From the NCBI GenBank assembly GCA_050944155.1, contig JBMNQN010000001.1:32001-96000 (forward strand): a stretch of 64,000 nucleotides of DNA. Direction: 5' to 3'. The position numbers and the translations under genes were made by a program. This stretch comes from Candidatus Methanomethylophilaceae archaeon. GTDB taxonomy: Archaea; Thermoplasmatota; Thermoplasmata; Methanomassiliicoccales; Methanomethylophilaceae. How positions within the stretch are numbered: the first letter of the stretch is position 1; every line of letters starts with the position of its first letter. The notes under the pieces are model-generated. The model searched no databases and was not told the origin of the DNA. It worked only from the letters and a program-made list of their open reading frames with translations. This document shows positions 17,872 through 27,866 of the stretch, piece by piece.

Positions 17872-19338
17872 ATGTACTCTGACGGAAAATTGTGGATTGC
17901 CAAGGGAGACGAAAAAGTATACCTGCTTCCGAAATATGCCAACAGGCACGGTCTGATAGCGGGTGCCAGCGGTACCGGTAAAACGGTCACGATTAAGGTT
18001 ATGGCGGAATCTTTCAGCGCCATGGGCGTCCCCGTTTTCATGACCGACGTCAAAGGAGACGTCAGCGGACTGTGCCGTGCGGGCAAAGACAGCGATTCGA
18101 TGCAGAAGCGCATAAAAACCCTCGGAGTGGACGGATTCTCGTACAAAGGATTCCCCTGCGAGTTCTGGGACATTTACGGGGAGAACGGACATCCGGTCAG
18201 AACGACTGTCGACGACATGGGTCCGGATCTTCTGACCAGAATCATGGGTCTGTCCGAAGTTCAGGAGGACGTTCTCAGAATGGTGTTCCGCATATGCAGG
18301 GACGAAGGCTGGGAACTCATCGATACCAAAGACATCAAAGCCGCCGTCGGATTCATACAGGAACACAGGAAGGAGTACGAAGAGGAATACGGCCTCATGA
18401 GCGCCCAGTCACTGGGGGCGATTCAGCGTTCGGTCATGTCGCTGGAAGACGCCGGCGGAGACATCTTCTTCGGAGAACCTTCTCTGGACATCGAAGACTG
18501 GTTCGAAACCGGAGAGGACGGCAGCGGAACGATAAACATTCTCAATTGTGTGAAACTCGCGCACAACCCCAGACTTTATTCCACTTTCATCGTCTGGCTA
18601 TTAAACAAACTATTCACAGTTCTGCCCGAAGTGGGCGATATGGATAAGCCCAAACTGGTCTTTTTCTTCGACGAAGCGCACATGCTTTTCAGCGATGCCC
18701 CGCCGGTAATGGTTCAGAAGGTGGAGCAGGTCGTAAAGCTGATAAGATCCAAGGGAGTGGGAATTTACTTCATTTCTCAGAGTCCCTCCGATATTCCCGA
18801 TTCCGTACTGGCACAGTTGAGCAACAGGATTCAGCACGCGCTGCGCGCATACACCCCTAAGGAGCGCAAAGCCGTAAAAACCGCAGCCGAAACGTTCCGC
18901 CCCAATCCCAAATTCGATACTTCGGAAGTAATTATGGAACTGGGAACCGGAGAGGCGCTGGTTTCGTTCCTCGACGAAAAGGGACGTCCGGGCATTGTGG
19001 AGAGAGCTTTCATTCTTCCGCCCCAATCCTTCCTGGGACAGATTTCGGACGACGATTACAGAGCGATGGTTTACGGCAGTGCCCTTGACGAAAAATACCG
19101 TGAGCGTGTAGACAATTATACGGCATACGAAGCCCTCGCCGACCTGAAGGAAAAAAAGGCCGAAGAGGCCGAAAAGAAGGCCAAAGAGACCGAGAAAGAA
19201 AAAGCCCGTTCCGGCGGTTCGTCCGGTAAGAAGAAATCCTCTTACACAAAGAAAATGGCGGACAGAACCGTAGGGAATGCGGCATCCGCGATAGGCCGCG
19301 GTCTGGGAAACATGATTTCCAAGAAGCTCTTCCGCTGA
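17872..19338 (+). CDS. DUF853/HerA-like ATPase (YjgR family)
   Basis: ANRHGLIAGASGTGKT, FFDEAH, LIRSKGVG, QHALRAYTP. Confidence 0.88.
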   Translation: MYSDGKLWIAKGDEKVYLLPKYANRHGLIAGASGTGKTVTIKVMAESFSAMGVPVFMTDVKGDVSGLCRAGKDSDSMQKRIKTLGVDGFSYKGFPCEFWDIYGENGHPVRTTVDDMGPDLLTRIMGLSEVQEDVLRMVFRICRDEGWELIDTKDIKAAVGFIQEHRKEYEEEYGLMSAQSLGAIQRSVMSLEDAGGDIFFGEPSLDIEDWFETGEDGSGTINILNCVKLAHNPRLYSTFIVWLLNKLFTVLPEVGDMDKPKLVFFFDEAHMLFSDAPPVMVQKVEQVVKLIRSKGVGIYFISQSPSDIPDSVLAQLSNRIQHALRAYTPKERKAVKTAAETFRPNPKFDTSEVIMELGTGEALVSFLDEKGRPGIVERAFILPPQSFLGQISDDDYRAMVYGSALDEKYRERVDNYTAYEALADLKEKKAEEAEKKAKETEKEKARSGGSSGKKKSSYTKKMADRTVGNAASAIGRGLGNMISKKLFR

Positions 19339-19339
19339 A

Positions 19340-19570
19340 TCAGCGGTATTCCACGCCGTCGTGGTCCAGAACTTCGTTCCAGAGTTTCAGAGTGTCGCGG
19401 GCCTCGTCCTCGTCCATGACCTCTATGGCATAGCCTGCGTGAATGACTGCCCACTGTCCGACCTCCGCGTCGATCATTGCGACGCTGGCCTGTCTGATCA
19501 CTCCTCCGAAATCTATGTCAGCTGTTTCTCCTTCTATCTTTACAATTTTTCCGGGAACTGCCAAACACAT
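19340..19570 (-). CDS. hypC: Hydrogenase maturation chaperone
   Basis: MCLAVPGKI..VIHAGYAI. Start moved to ATG 19570. Confidence 0.93.
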   Translation of the reverse strand: MCLAVPGKIVKIEGETADIDFGGVIRQASVAMIDAEVGQWAVIHAGYAIEVMDEDEARDTLKLWNEVLDHDGVEYR

Positions 19571-19575
19571 TTTTT

Positions 19576-19929
19576 TCACCCCGCAACTATGAGTACAATA
19601 GCCTCGGCCGGCTGACCGCCGGAAGCCTCCAGAGCCTCTATGGCTTTTTCTCTGTCGCAGCCTGTCTGGGACATTACGAGCTCGATGTCTTCTTCGGGTA
19701 TCGTACTGCCGGCTTCGGCTTCAGCGGAAAGAGGCCTTACGGATTCGTTTCCGACAATCTGATAGCTTCTTGAACCGCTCATTTCTATACGGACTACCTG
19801 TGCATCCGTCAGGACGATTTCGTTTTCCTTGGTTCTGATGATAACTTCGGTTACGTTCGGAACCTCGGTCTGGCTTATGCCCATCTTCTTCATCGCCTGT
19901 TTCATCTGGCGCGGATTCACTCTAGCCAT
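19576..19929 (-). CDS. nac: Nascent polypeptide-associated complex protein
   Basis: NPRQMKQAMKKMGI, EVIIRT, and a C-terminal UBA-like EDIELVMSQTG. Confidence 0.93.
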   Translation of the reverse strand: MARVNPRQMKQAMKKMGISQTEVPNVTEVIIRTKENEIVLTDAQVVRIEMSGSRSYQIVGNESVRPLSAEAEAGSTIPEEDIELVMSQTGCDREKAIEALEASGGQPAEAIVLIVAG

Positions 19930-19957
19930 ACGATACCCCGAATCACTGCATGTTTAA

Positions 19958-21151
19958 TTAACGTTGTGCGGAAACGGCCTCTTTGGCCTTTTCGACCAGC
20001 GCCGCAAGGAGTTTTTCCGAAACATCGGTGTCGGGAACTCCGCCCTGCGCAAAATCTTTCTTTCCTCCACCTCTGCCCCCGAATTCCCGAAGCGTCTCGC
20101 CGAGAATCTTCTTGCAGTCCACGTTTTCGTTTCCGGAAGAAACGATAACGGAAAGGCTCTCTCCCTCGGACACGAATATTGCGGTTCCACCGTCTTTTTT
20201 CACCTTTTCGGCTTTTTCCGAAAGTATGCCGCGGTCGGCGCCGGGAACGGACGCGGCGTAGATTTCGTTTCCGTTTTCGAGAATCGGCACGACGGAAGAA
20301 AGAACCGAACCCGTGACCTTCCTGAGAGCTTTTTTCATGAATTCCGATTCGCGTTTCAGATTGGAGACGGCTTTCACCAGATCTTCCGGTTTGGAATCCG
20401 CCGCCTCCGCCGTTTCCATGCAGGTCATCGCAAGTTCCGCTGCCGCCTCTGCTGCTGCTTTTCCCACTTTGAAGTGAACGGAAGTCCCGTCCCTGCCCGC
20501 AGACACAATGCGGTCGACGAAAAGCATTCCTATTTCGGAAGTTTCCATCACGTGTATTCCGCTGCATGCGGAATAGTCGATATCGCCGATTTCCACTATG
20601 CATACATCTCCCTTTTCGGGCAGACGTTCGGCCTTCATTCTGACTTTTTCTTTGAAATCCGGATCGTCGCGGCTCATCATCACTCTTTCCACGGTGAGAT
20701 TGTCCGATATCACGGAATTAGCGAACCTGAGAGCTTTGCGCACAGTTTCCCATCCGATTTCGCCGTTTACTATCACATACTTGTTTTCCGGAGAGATGAA
20801 TATCTTCACGATTTCCAGGTCCGGAACCTCTCTTTTCAGGGAGCAGAACAGAAGGTGCTCCCCCGTGTGTCCCGCCATGAGGTCGAAACGCCTCTCCCAG
20901 TCCACGCTTCCCCAGACTCCATCGCCCTTTTTGAAAGAATTTCCGGGAACTATGTGCACTATGTTTCCGTCTTCGCCGTAGAAAGTTTCGGTTACGCACA
21001 CACCGTTCAGAAATCCGGTGTCGCACACCTGTCCGCCTCCGCCGGGATAGAACGCGGTTTTGTCCAGAACCACCCTGTCCCCTTCCGCGGACACGACCTC
21101 GGCTCCGAATTCGAACTGATAGCCGTCGTGTCTGAACAGTTCTTCCGTCAT
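19958..21151 (-). CDS. Freestanding AlaX tRNA-editing protein with a C-terminal DHHA1 (C-Ala) domain
   Basis: LDKTAFYPGGGGQ, HTGEHLL, ACSGIHV, GGRGGGKKDFAQGG. Confidence 0.85.
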   Translation of the reverse strand: MTEELFRHDGYQFEFGAEVVSAEGDRVVLDKTAFYPGGGGQVCDTGFLNGVCVTETFYGEDGNIVHIVPGNSFKKGDGVWGSVDWERRFDLMAGHTGEHLLFCSLKREVPDLEIVKIFISPENKYVIVNGEIGWETVRKALRFANSVISDNLTVERVMMSRDDPDFKEKVRMKAERLPEKGDVCIVEIGDIDYSACSGIHVMETSEIGMLFVDRIVSAGRDGTSVHFKVGKAAAEAAAELAMTCMETAEAADSKPEDLVKAVSNLKRESEFMKKALRKVTGSVLSSVVPILENGNEIYAASVPGADRGILSEKAEKVKKDGGTAIFVSEGESLSVIVSSGNENVDCKKILGETLREFGGRGGGKKDFAQGGVPDTDVSEKLLAALVEKAKEAVSAQR

Positions 21152-21234
21152 AACTCCGGGGAGAGCATCCCTAATCTAATAAATATCGGTAACAGGTTCC
21201 GTTAGCGTTGGTTTTTATGGGAGGTATCCGCGAC

Positions 21235-21681
21235 ATGGACGAATTGGACAGGCGTATCGTCGAACTGATGTGCGCTTCCAGCCAGGGCTCCTACAGGCAG
21301 CTGGCAAAACAGCTGGGGATACATCCGACGACACTTATACAGAGGGTCAAAAATCTCGAATCCAAAGGCATCGTGAAAGGGTACAGGGCCAAGACGGATT
21401 ACATGAAGATGGGTTTCGAGTACATGGGCATAGTTCATGTTTATGCGGACAGCATAGTCAGCGTCCAGAATGCCCTGGCGGAGATGCCGAGAGTGGTCGG
21501 TGTTTTCGACGTGACAGGAGAAAGCGACATCATCGCATGGGTTGCCTGCACGGACAGGGAAGAGTTTTCCGAAGCCGTCAAGGAAATAAACAATCTGCCC
21601 AACGTGAGGAAGACAAATACCGCGGTGGTTCTCAGCATAGCGAAAGATCCTTTGGATTTCGTCCCCCGTCTGTCGGACTGA
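21235..21681 (+). CDS. Lrp/AsnC transcriptional regulator
   Basis: MDELDRRIV, HTH, RVKNLESKGIVKGY, VTGESD. Confidence 0.9.
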   Translation: MDELDRRIVELMCASSQGSYRQLAKQLGIHPTTLIQRVKNLESKGIVKGYRAKTDYMKMGFEYMGIVHVYADSIVSVQNALAEMPRVVGVFDVTGESDIIAWVACTDREEFSEAVKEINNLPNVRKTNTAVVLSIAKDPLDFVPRLSD

Positions 21682-21744
21682 AACCAGGGATAATTTTTAT
21701 ACGAATTAGAAAGTAGCGGAGAGCATCCATTCGGAGAAATAATC

Positions 21745-23553
21745 ATGAAGAGAACCAACACATGCAGAGATCTCAGACTTGCGGACGTAGGTAAAAGCGT
21801 ATGTCTTCAGGGCTGGGTCAGGTTCTCGAGAGACCACGGAGGCGTAGCCTTTATCGATTTGGCCGATCGCTACGGAATAACCCAGATAGTTTTCGATCCG
21901 GAGGATGTCCCCGCGGAATCCGAAAAACTCGCTGAAGTTATGAAAGATTTCACCAGAGAATCCGTTGTTTCCGTCAGCGGAATCGTAAGAAAGAGAGTGG
22001 AAGGCACCGCGGATCCCCGTAACCCCACCGGAGAAGTCGAAGTTCTCATCACGGATGCCGAAGTTCTGGGAAAATCGAAACTTCCGCCGTTCGAAGTGGG
22101 AGACCAGAAGGAAGGCGTTCTCCCCAACGAAGACGTCAGGATGAAATACAGGTACCTGGACCTCAGGCGCACCGAGATGATCGAAGCTCTCACGCTCAGA
22201 AGCAGGTTCATGCATCTCGCGAGGCAGTATCTCGAAAACCGGGACTTCCTGGAAGTCGAAACTCCGATACTGGCACGTTCCACTCCCGAGGGTGCCAGAG
22301 ACTACATCGTACCTTCCAGGGTCCACCCCGGATCGTTTTACGCTCTCCCGCAGTCGCCCCAGCTTTTCAAACAGATGCTGATGGTCGGAAGCATCGACCG
22401 TTACTACCAGTTTGCCAGATGTTTCAGGGACGAGGATTCCAGAAAAGACCGTCAGCCCGAATTCACACAGCTGGACATGGAGATGTCCTTCGTGGAAGAA
22501 AAAGACATCCAGGACACAATAGAGGGACTGCTGGCACATGTTTGGGAGGGGCTGTACGGGAAGAAGCTCGAAACACCGTTCCCCCGTATCGGATACGTTG
22601 ATGCCATGGAGCGTTTCGGCTCCGACAAGCCCGACATGAGATACGGACTGGAGTTTGTGAAACTCACGGATACGGTGAAAGACGTTCCCTACGAAATATT
22701 CCGCAAAATAATCAAAGCGGGAGGAATCGTCGCAGGTCTGAACGTAAGCAAATCCCTATCCAAAGAAGAACTCGGAAGAAACGAAATAGACCGTTACATC
22801 CACTACGCCAAAAAGGCCGGACTCGGGGGACTGACATGGATGAGAGTCCAGGACGGAATACCTTCGAGCAACATAACGAAATATTTCCCCGAAGAAACTC
22901 TTCTCGCAATCAAAGAAAAAATGGGTGCCGAAGAAGGAGACGTTCTGTTCCTGATTGCGGGTCCGTGGAAGTCCACATACGAAGGCGGAGGACTTCTGAG
23001 AAAGAAAATCGCCGAAGATCTGGGTCTTGTTCCCGAAGGTGTTTTCCACTTCTCGTGGCTGGTCGACTGTCCCATGTTCGAAGTCGATCCCGTATCCGGG
23101 AAATTCGATGCGTTCCATCATCCTTTCGTCAAACCTCTCGGAGATATCGACGACAAAAATTGCGGCGGAGCCTGTTTCGATCTCTGTCTCAACGGCAACG
23201 AACTGGGTTCCGGTTCCCTCAGGATAAACGACCCCGAGATGCAGAGGGCGGTTCTGAGAAAGATAGGAAAATCCGACGAAGACATAGAGGCGGAATTCGG
23301 TTTCTTCATCGAATCCCTGAGTTACGGAGCGCCGCCCCACGGCGGAATAGCCATCGGAGTGGACAGACTCATAGCGATACTGCTCGGAAAGGATACGATA
23401 CGCGACGTGATAGCCTTCCCGAAAAACAAGAAAGCCGTGTCTCTCCTGGACAGTTCTCCGGCCAAAGTTCCAGACGAAAAACTGGAAGAGCTTCAGATCA
23501 TGACGCTTGCCGTGGAAGACATCGACTTCGGATTCGAAGAAGACGAAGAGTGA
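21745..23553 (+). CDS. aspS: Aspartyl-tRNA synthetase, bacterial type, probably non-discriminating
   Basis: 602 aa; RDHGG, YRYLDLRR, STPEGARDY, ALPQSPQLFKQ, CFRDED.R.DRQPEFTQ, GAD insert, GAPPHGG. Confidence 0.95.
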   Translation: MKRTNTCRDLRLADVGKSVCLQGWVRFSRDHGGVAFIDLADRYGITQIVFDPEDVPAESEKLAEVMKDFTRESVVSVSGIVRKRVEGTADPRNPTGEVEVLITDAEVLGKSKLPPFEVGDQKEGVLPNEDVRMKYRYLDLRRTEMIEALTLRSRFMHLARQYLENRDFLEVETPILARSTPEGARDYIVPSRVHPGSFYALPQSPQLFKQMLMVGSIDRYYQFARCFRDEDSRKDRQPEFTQLDMEMSFVEEKDIQDTIEGLLAHVWEGLYGKKLETPFPRIGYVDAMERFGSDKPDMRYGLEFVKLTDTVKDVPYEIFRKIIKAGGIVAGLNVSKSLSKEELGRNEIDRYIHYAKKAGLGGLTWMRVQDGIPSSNITKYFPEETLLAIKEKMGAEEGDVLFLIAGPWKSTYEGGGLLRKKIAEDLGLVPEGVFHFSWLVDCPMFEVDPVSGKFDAFHHPFVKPLGDIDDKNCGGACFDLCLNGNELGSGSLRINDPEMQRAVLRKIGKSDEDIEAEFGFFIESLSYGAPPHGGIAIGVDRLIAILLGKDTIRDVIAFPKNKKAVSLLDSSPAKVPDEKLEELQIMTLAVEDIDFGFEEDEE

Positions 23554-24891
23554 TCAGAGTCTTTTCTCTATCAGTTCTTTCACCGCATCGGCCACTTCCG
23601 CCGAAGAATACGCTCCTCCGGTCTTCCTGATAACGTAGCCTATGGCTTTGTTTGCGGCCTTTTCGTTTTTGCGGTAATCATCGACGATAGAGGGATTTCC
23701 GTCCAGATACTCTTCGACGATTCTGTCGAGATCTCCGGCCGCTTCCGATGCGACGGAAACATCCGTGCCGGTCAGGAAAGATTTGATGCGTATCCTGCAT
23801 TCGGTATCTGTGATTTCTCCTGCCTTGAATTTTTTCACGGCGTCCACGATTTCGGAAACGTCTCCTCCGCCGCGGGCTTCGAACGCCTTCCACCCGGAAC
23901 TTATCTGACCGGAAACCCAGGATTTCGCCGTTTCGGAATCGGTCTCTTTGGCAAGGGTTTCGAAGAGATGTGCCAGATCCAAAGAAGTGGATACGTACTG
24001 TCTCGCAGTTTTCTCGTCTATTCCGTACTGTTCGGAGATGCGGACTATCATCTTCTGGGGACTTTCTTTCAGAACCAGGGAATCAGCAAGATTTTTGATG
24101 TCGAAAACACCAAGATCGGGGTCGTCGATGTATCCGTAGTCGGATTCCGTCTCTTTCTTTCTGACGGAGACGGTAACTCCCCTTTCTTCGTCGAAGCGTC
24201 TGGTTTCCCTTACGACTTTTCCTCCGGCCTTCAGAAGCCTGGTCTGTCTGACCGCTTCGTACGTCAGAGCGCGTTCCACGTTTCTGAGACCGGTCACGTT
24301 TTTGACTTCGCATCTTTCTTTTCCGACGGATATGTTACAGTCGCAGCGGATGCTGCGTTCCCCGTCGTCGCCGAGATTCAGAGTATAACGGATATCGCCT
24401 ATGAGCTGTTTGAGAAATTCTCTCGCTTCCGCAGGAGAGGAAAGATCCGGTTCGGTGACTATTTCCGCCAGCGGTATGCCGGAACGGTTGTAGTCCACCA
24501 AAGACGAAAGATCGCCGGTTCTTTTGGTTTTTCCCGGGTCTTCTTCCAGGTGGATTCTGGTTATGCGTATGGGTTTTTTTCCGCTGAGACGGTAAACGCC
24601 GCCCAGTCCCACGGGACAGTCGTACTGGGTAATCTGATAGTTCTTGGCGTTGTCCGGATAGAAATAAATCTTTCTGGCAAACCAGATTCTGTCCGCCACG
24701 GTGCACCCGAGCATTTTGGCCAGAAGTATCCCGTATTCTATGGCCTTTTTGTTCATGGACGGTATCGAACCGGGAAGACCCAGACATACGGGGCAGACGT
24801 TCGTGTTGGGTTCCGCCTCCGACGTGGGACAGGAGCAGAACATCTTGGATTCGGTGGGAAGCTGTACGTGTATTTCCAAACCTATCTTCAC
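23554..24891 (-). CDS. gatB: Asp/Glu-tRNA amidotransferase subunit B
   Basis: IGLEIHVQL, KMFC, PNTNVCPVC, RKIYFYPD, HLEEDPGK, DYNRSG.PL.EIVTEPD. GTG start overlaps the gatA stop. Confidence 0.95.
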   Translation of the reverse strand: MKIGLEIHVQLPTESKMFCSCPTSEAEPNTNVCPVCLGLPGSIPSMNKKAIEYGILLAKMLGCTVADRIWFARKIYFYPDNAKNYQITQYDCPVGLGGVYRLSGKKPIRITRIHLEEDPGKTKRTGDLSSLVDYNRSGIPLAEIVTEPDLSSPAEAREFLKQLIGDIRYTLNLGDDGERSIRCDCNISVGKERCEVKNVTGLRNVERALTYEAVRQTRLLKAGGKVVRETRRFDEERGVTVSVRKKETESDYGYIDDPDLGVFDIKNLADSLVLKESPQKMIVRISEQYGIDEKTARQYVSTSLDLAHLFETLAKETDSETAKSWVSGQISSGWKAFEARGGGDVSEIVDAVKKFKAGEITDTECRIRIKSFLTGTDVSVASEAAGDLDRIVEEYLDGNPSIVDDYRKNEKAANKAIGYVIRKTGGAYSSAEVADAVKELIEKRL

Positions 24892-26204
24892 GGTTCCGCC
24901 TCCGGTTTTATCATGTCGAAGTTTTTCTTCCATTCTTCCGCGAGGGAGAACAGAGCGTCCTCGTTCCAGTGGGCGGAAGCGAACTGGACTCCGATAGGCA
25001 TTCCGTCTCCGTCGTAGCCGCAGGGGACGGACATGTGAGGAATTCCCGCAAGGTCGGGAGGACACGCAAACGTTTCCGCCCTGTACGTTTCCGTCGGAGT
25101 CATTTCGGAAATCTTTCCGAATTCCGGCGGCACGAAAGGCACGGTCGGGGTGAGTATCGCGTCGTACTTTTCAAAAACCGAGCGGTATCCGTCTATTACG
25201 TTCTGACGCACCATTTTCGCCTTTGTGTAGTAACGTTCTCTGTATCCGGACATGCCGGCCAAAGTTCCGAGAAGAATCGTGCGTTTTGTCTCCTCGCCGA
25301 AATATTCGGAACGGAAGGACGTGAAATAGTCGTCGAATTTCAGTGTCAGATCTCCGTCCTGTCTTCCGTATCTCATGCCGCAGTAGCATGCAAGACTTGC
25401 GGAAGCTTCCGCGGCGACTATGACATGGCATGCGGGAACCGCGTATTCTGCGAACGGCATTTCGATTCTTTCGACGGTTATGCCCATATCTTTGAGTTTT
25501 TCCGTGCTTTCCGAGAAAGCCTTTTTCACCGCCGGAGATACGCCGCGGTCCGCGTCTTCGGGAACTGCGATTTTTCTCACCGTTCCGTCTTTAAGTTCCG
25601 GCTGAATGCAGGACGCAGGGTCCTTCGCATCTTTTCCGGACATAATAGTTACGTATTTTCTCAAATCCGAGGCGTCGGCGGAAAACACCCCCACTTTATC
25701 CAGCGAGCTGCTGCAGCCTATGGTCCCGTATCTCGATATTCTTCCGTAAGTGGGAACGAATCCGTAAACTCCGCAGAAACTTGCGGGAAGGCATACCGAA
25801 CCTCCTGACGAAACTCCGATCGATATCTGCCCGTCTATAAGCGCGGCGGCACAGGCCGCTCCTCCGGCGGAACCTCCGCAGGTTCTGTTCGGGTCGTAAG
25901 GATTCTTCGGAACTCCGAACGCGGAATTTACCGAAAAGTTTCCTAGACCGAATTCGTCCATATTCGTTTTCCCGATCAGCAATCCTCCCGCCTCTTTCAT
26001 TCCGGAAACGGAAGTGGCATCGAACGGGGGACGGTATCCCTCCAGAATCCTGGAACCGCAGCAGGTTTCCGTACCTTCGGCGGCAAAACAGTCTTCCGCG
26101 GAGAAAATAAACTTATGATTTCCCGTTTTTTCTCCGCCGGTCAGCGTTCTGAACATCCGGTATTTTTCGTTTAGCAGGGAAAGATCCTTCGGAAAAGAAC
26201 TCAT
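24888..26204 (-). CDS. gatA: Amidotransferase subunit A (amidase signature, partly degenerate)
   Basis: GKTNMDEFG, NPYD..GGSAGG, GGS...PASFCG..PTYGRISRYG; lies between gatC and gatB. Confidence 0.9.
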   Translation of the reverse strand: MSSFPKDLSLLNEKYRMFRTLTGGEKTGNHKFIFSAEDCFAAEGTETCCGSRILEGYRPPFDATSVSGMKEAGGLLIGKTNMDEFGLGNFSVNSAFGVPKNPYDPNRTCGGSAGGAACAAALIDGQISIGVSSGGSVCLPASFCGVYGFVPTYGRISRYGTIGCSSSLDKVGVFSADASDLRKYVTIMSGKDAKDPASCIQPELKDGTVRKIAVPEDADRGVSPAVKKAFSESTEKLKDMGITVERIEMPFAEYAVPACHVIVAAEASASLACYCGMRYGRQDGDLTLKFDDYFTSFRSEYFGEETKRTILLGTLAGMSGYRERYYTKAKMVRQNVIDGYRSVFEKYDAILTPTVPFVPPEFGKISEMTPTETYRAETFACPPDLAGIPHMSVPCGYDGDGMPIGVQFASAHWNEDALFSLAEEWKKNFDMIKPEAEP

Positions 26205-26473
26205 AGGAGTCTGGGCCCCCTTACGTAGTTTTCGTAGGTGTTCATGTCTCCGAGAAGAACTTCCGGGTCGATTTCTTTGGACGGAACGTCTTCTCTGGTT
26301 ACGTCGGCGACTTCCACCGGACCGATACCGAAGGTTTCGGATTCCGGTGCTCCGTCGAGCGCGGACAGGAATTCCAGTATTTCTTCCAAATCCCTGCCGA
26401 ACTTTTCGAACTCTTCTTCGGTGAATTTGAGGTGTGCGCCTCTCGCGACTTTCTCCAAGATTTCTCTGTCCAT
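26201..26473 (-). CDS. gatC: Amidotransferase subunit C
   Basis: LEKVA..AHL..EE...F..DLEEIL, REDVP, YVRGPR. Confidence 0.88.
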   Translation of the reverse strand: MDREILEKVARGAHLKFTEEEFEKFGRDLEEILEFLSALDGAPESETFGIGPVEVADVTREDVPSKEIDPEVLLGDMNTYENYVRGPRLL

Positions 26474-26507
26474 TACAGACCCACACCTCAAAATATGCGA
26501 TTTGATT

Positions 26508-27050
26508 TTAATATTTGCCCGTCGGCCGTCCGATGAGTATTATAGTATTCAGAGTGACGGCGCCCTTCTCGAACGTCAGTTCTTTACCGGCGTCTTTCAG
26601 GTATTTCCCCATGTCGATGCCGTAAGCGCTTACCGAATCGACTCTCTGAAGAGGGTATCTGCATTCCGCATCGGGATACGTGCACGTGCCGCAGTATCTG
26701 CATCCTCCGTCCCCCAGTATTTTTACCGGGGCGAAGGGACGTATCATATCCCCCGCACGTCTGGTACTGCCGATCATTTCGTCGGAAACGCGTCTGACGT
26801 CTTTGGCGTTTTTAGGATCTACAACATACCTTCTGCGGACAAGGTACGCCTCGGAATAACCTTTCAGAATTTCGGAGCACTCTTCGATACTGCCCGTTCC
26901 GGGAGGACAGCCCCAGTTCGTTCCGTAGCATCCGCATTCGTTTTTTTCGCACAGAGTCCTGAACTCTTCCGCTTCGGGGGAAGTTTCCGGTACCCTGGTT
27001 TTCAGAACTTCGAACCCCTCCGTCCTCAGTCTTTCGATAAATCCGTACAT
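26508..27050 (-). CDS. DUF2284 metal-binding protein
   Basis: CEKNECGCYGTNWGCPP, GGCRYCGTC, CRYP, YGIDM. Start uncertain. Confidence 0.8.
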   Translation of the reverse strand: MYGFIERLRTEGFEVLKTRVPETSPEAEEFRTLCEKNECGCYGTNWGCPPGTGSIEECSEILKGYSEAYLVRRRYVVDPKNAKDVRRVSDEMIGSTRRAGDMIRPFAPVKILGDGGCRYCGTCTYPDAECRYPLQRVDSVSAYGIDMGKYLKDAGKELTFEKGAVTLNTIILIGRPTGKY

Positions 27051-27144
27051 CTTTCCAAAGGTATCTTCCGACAGGGTTATATCGCTTTTCGGCGGCGGAG
27101 GGATTAATGATTTAAGCATGCAAACTTTACGACCGTTGATAACG

Positions 27145-27660
27145 ATGGCAGATGCAGCATCCAACAAGAAACTGGCCACAGCCATGAAAACCATGGATGA
27201 AGGAGATTTCAAGAAAGCCTATTCTCAGTTCAAAAAACTCACCGACGAATTTCCGGACGATGCGGAATGCTGGTATGCCCGTGCCGAGTGCGGAAATTAC
27301 GCGTCCGGAATGTTCGGCGCCAAAATCTCCGCCGACGAGATAATCTCCGCTTACGAGAAAGCCTGCGAACTGGATCCCGAGAACGTCGACTTCTACCAGT
27401 CCTACGGACTTTTCTGCATTTCTATCAACAAATTCGACGACGCGGAGAAACTGTACAACGAAGCCGCAGAGATGGACGAATCCAGGTCTTCCGCTCTTTA
27501 TTCCGAATTCGCCATAGAGTATTACAACACGGTGCTTGCGGGATACGGGGAAATCATGGACGACCCCAAGGCGCGTGCTCCCTTTGCAAAGAAAGCCCTT
27601 TCGTACATGCTCAAAGCGCTGGATATGACGCCGGAAGAGGCAAAATCCCTGCTGGAATAA
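27145..27660 (+). CDS. TPR-repeat protein
   Basis: FPDDAECWY, AYEKACELDPENVDFY, AEKLYNEA helical repeats. Confidence 0.75.
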   Translation: MADAASNKKLATAMKTMDEGDFKKAYSQFKKLTDEFPDDAECWYARAECGNYASGMFGAKISADEIISAYEKACELDPENVDFYQSYGLFCISINKFDDAEKLYNEAAEMDESRSSALYSEFAIEYYNTVLAGYGEIMDDPKARAPFAKKALSYMLKALDMTPEEAKSLLE

Positions 27661-27706
27661 GCTTTCCGCTGCAACGGAATCAACAAAAAACTGCAGATAA
27701 CAGAGA

Positions 27707-27784
27707 TGGTAGCGAGGGGTCGATTTGAACGACCGGTCTCCGGGTTATGAGCCCGACGGGATATCCTGGCTACCCTACCTCGCT
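27707..27784 (-). tRNA. Initiator tRNA-Met(CAT), CCA encoded
   Basis: AGCGAGG/CCTCGCT acceptor with A1-U72, TCGGG-CTCATAA-CCCGG arm with three G-C pairs, TTCAAAT, ACCA end. Confidence 0.94.
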
Positions 27785-27866
27785 ATACGTCGCTTTATTA
27801 GCCCTTAGTATATATCTTTTTGTACGGCCCCGGAAACGGGGTCGAAAACATCGCGAACGCGTGTTT

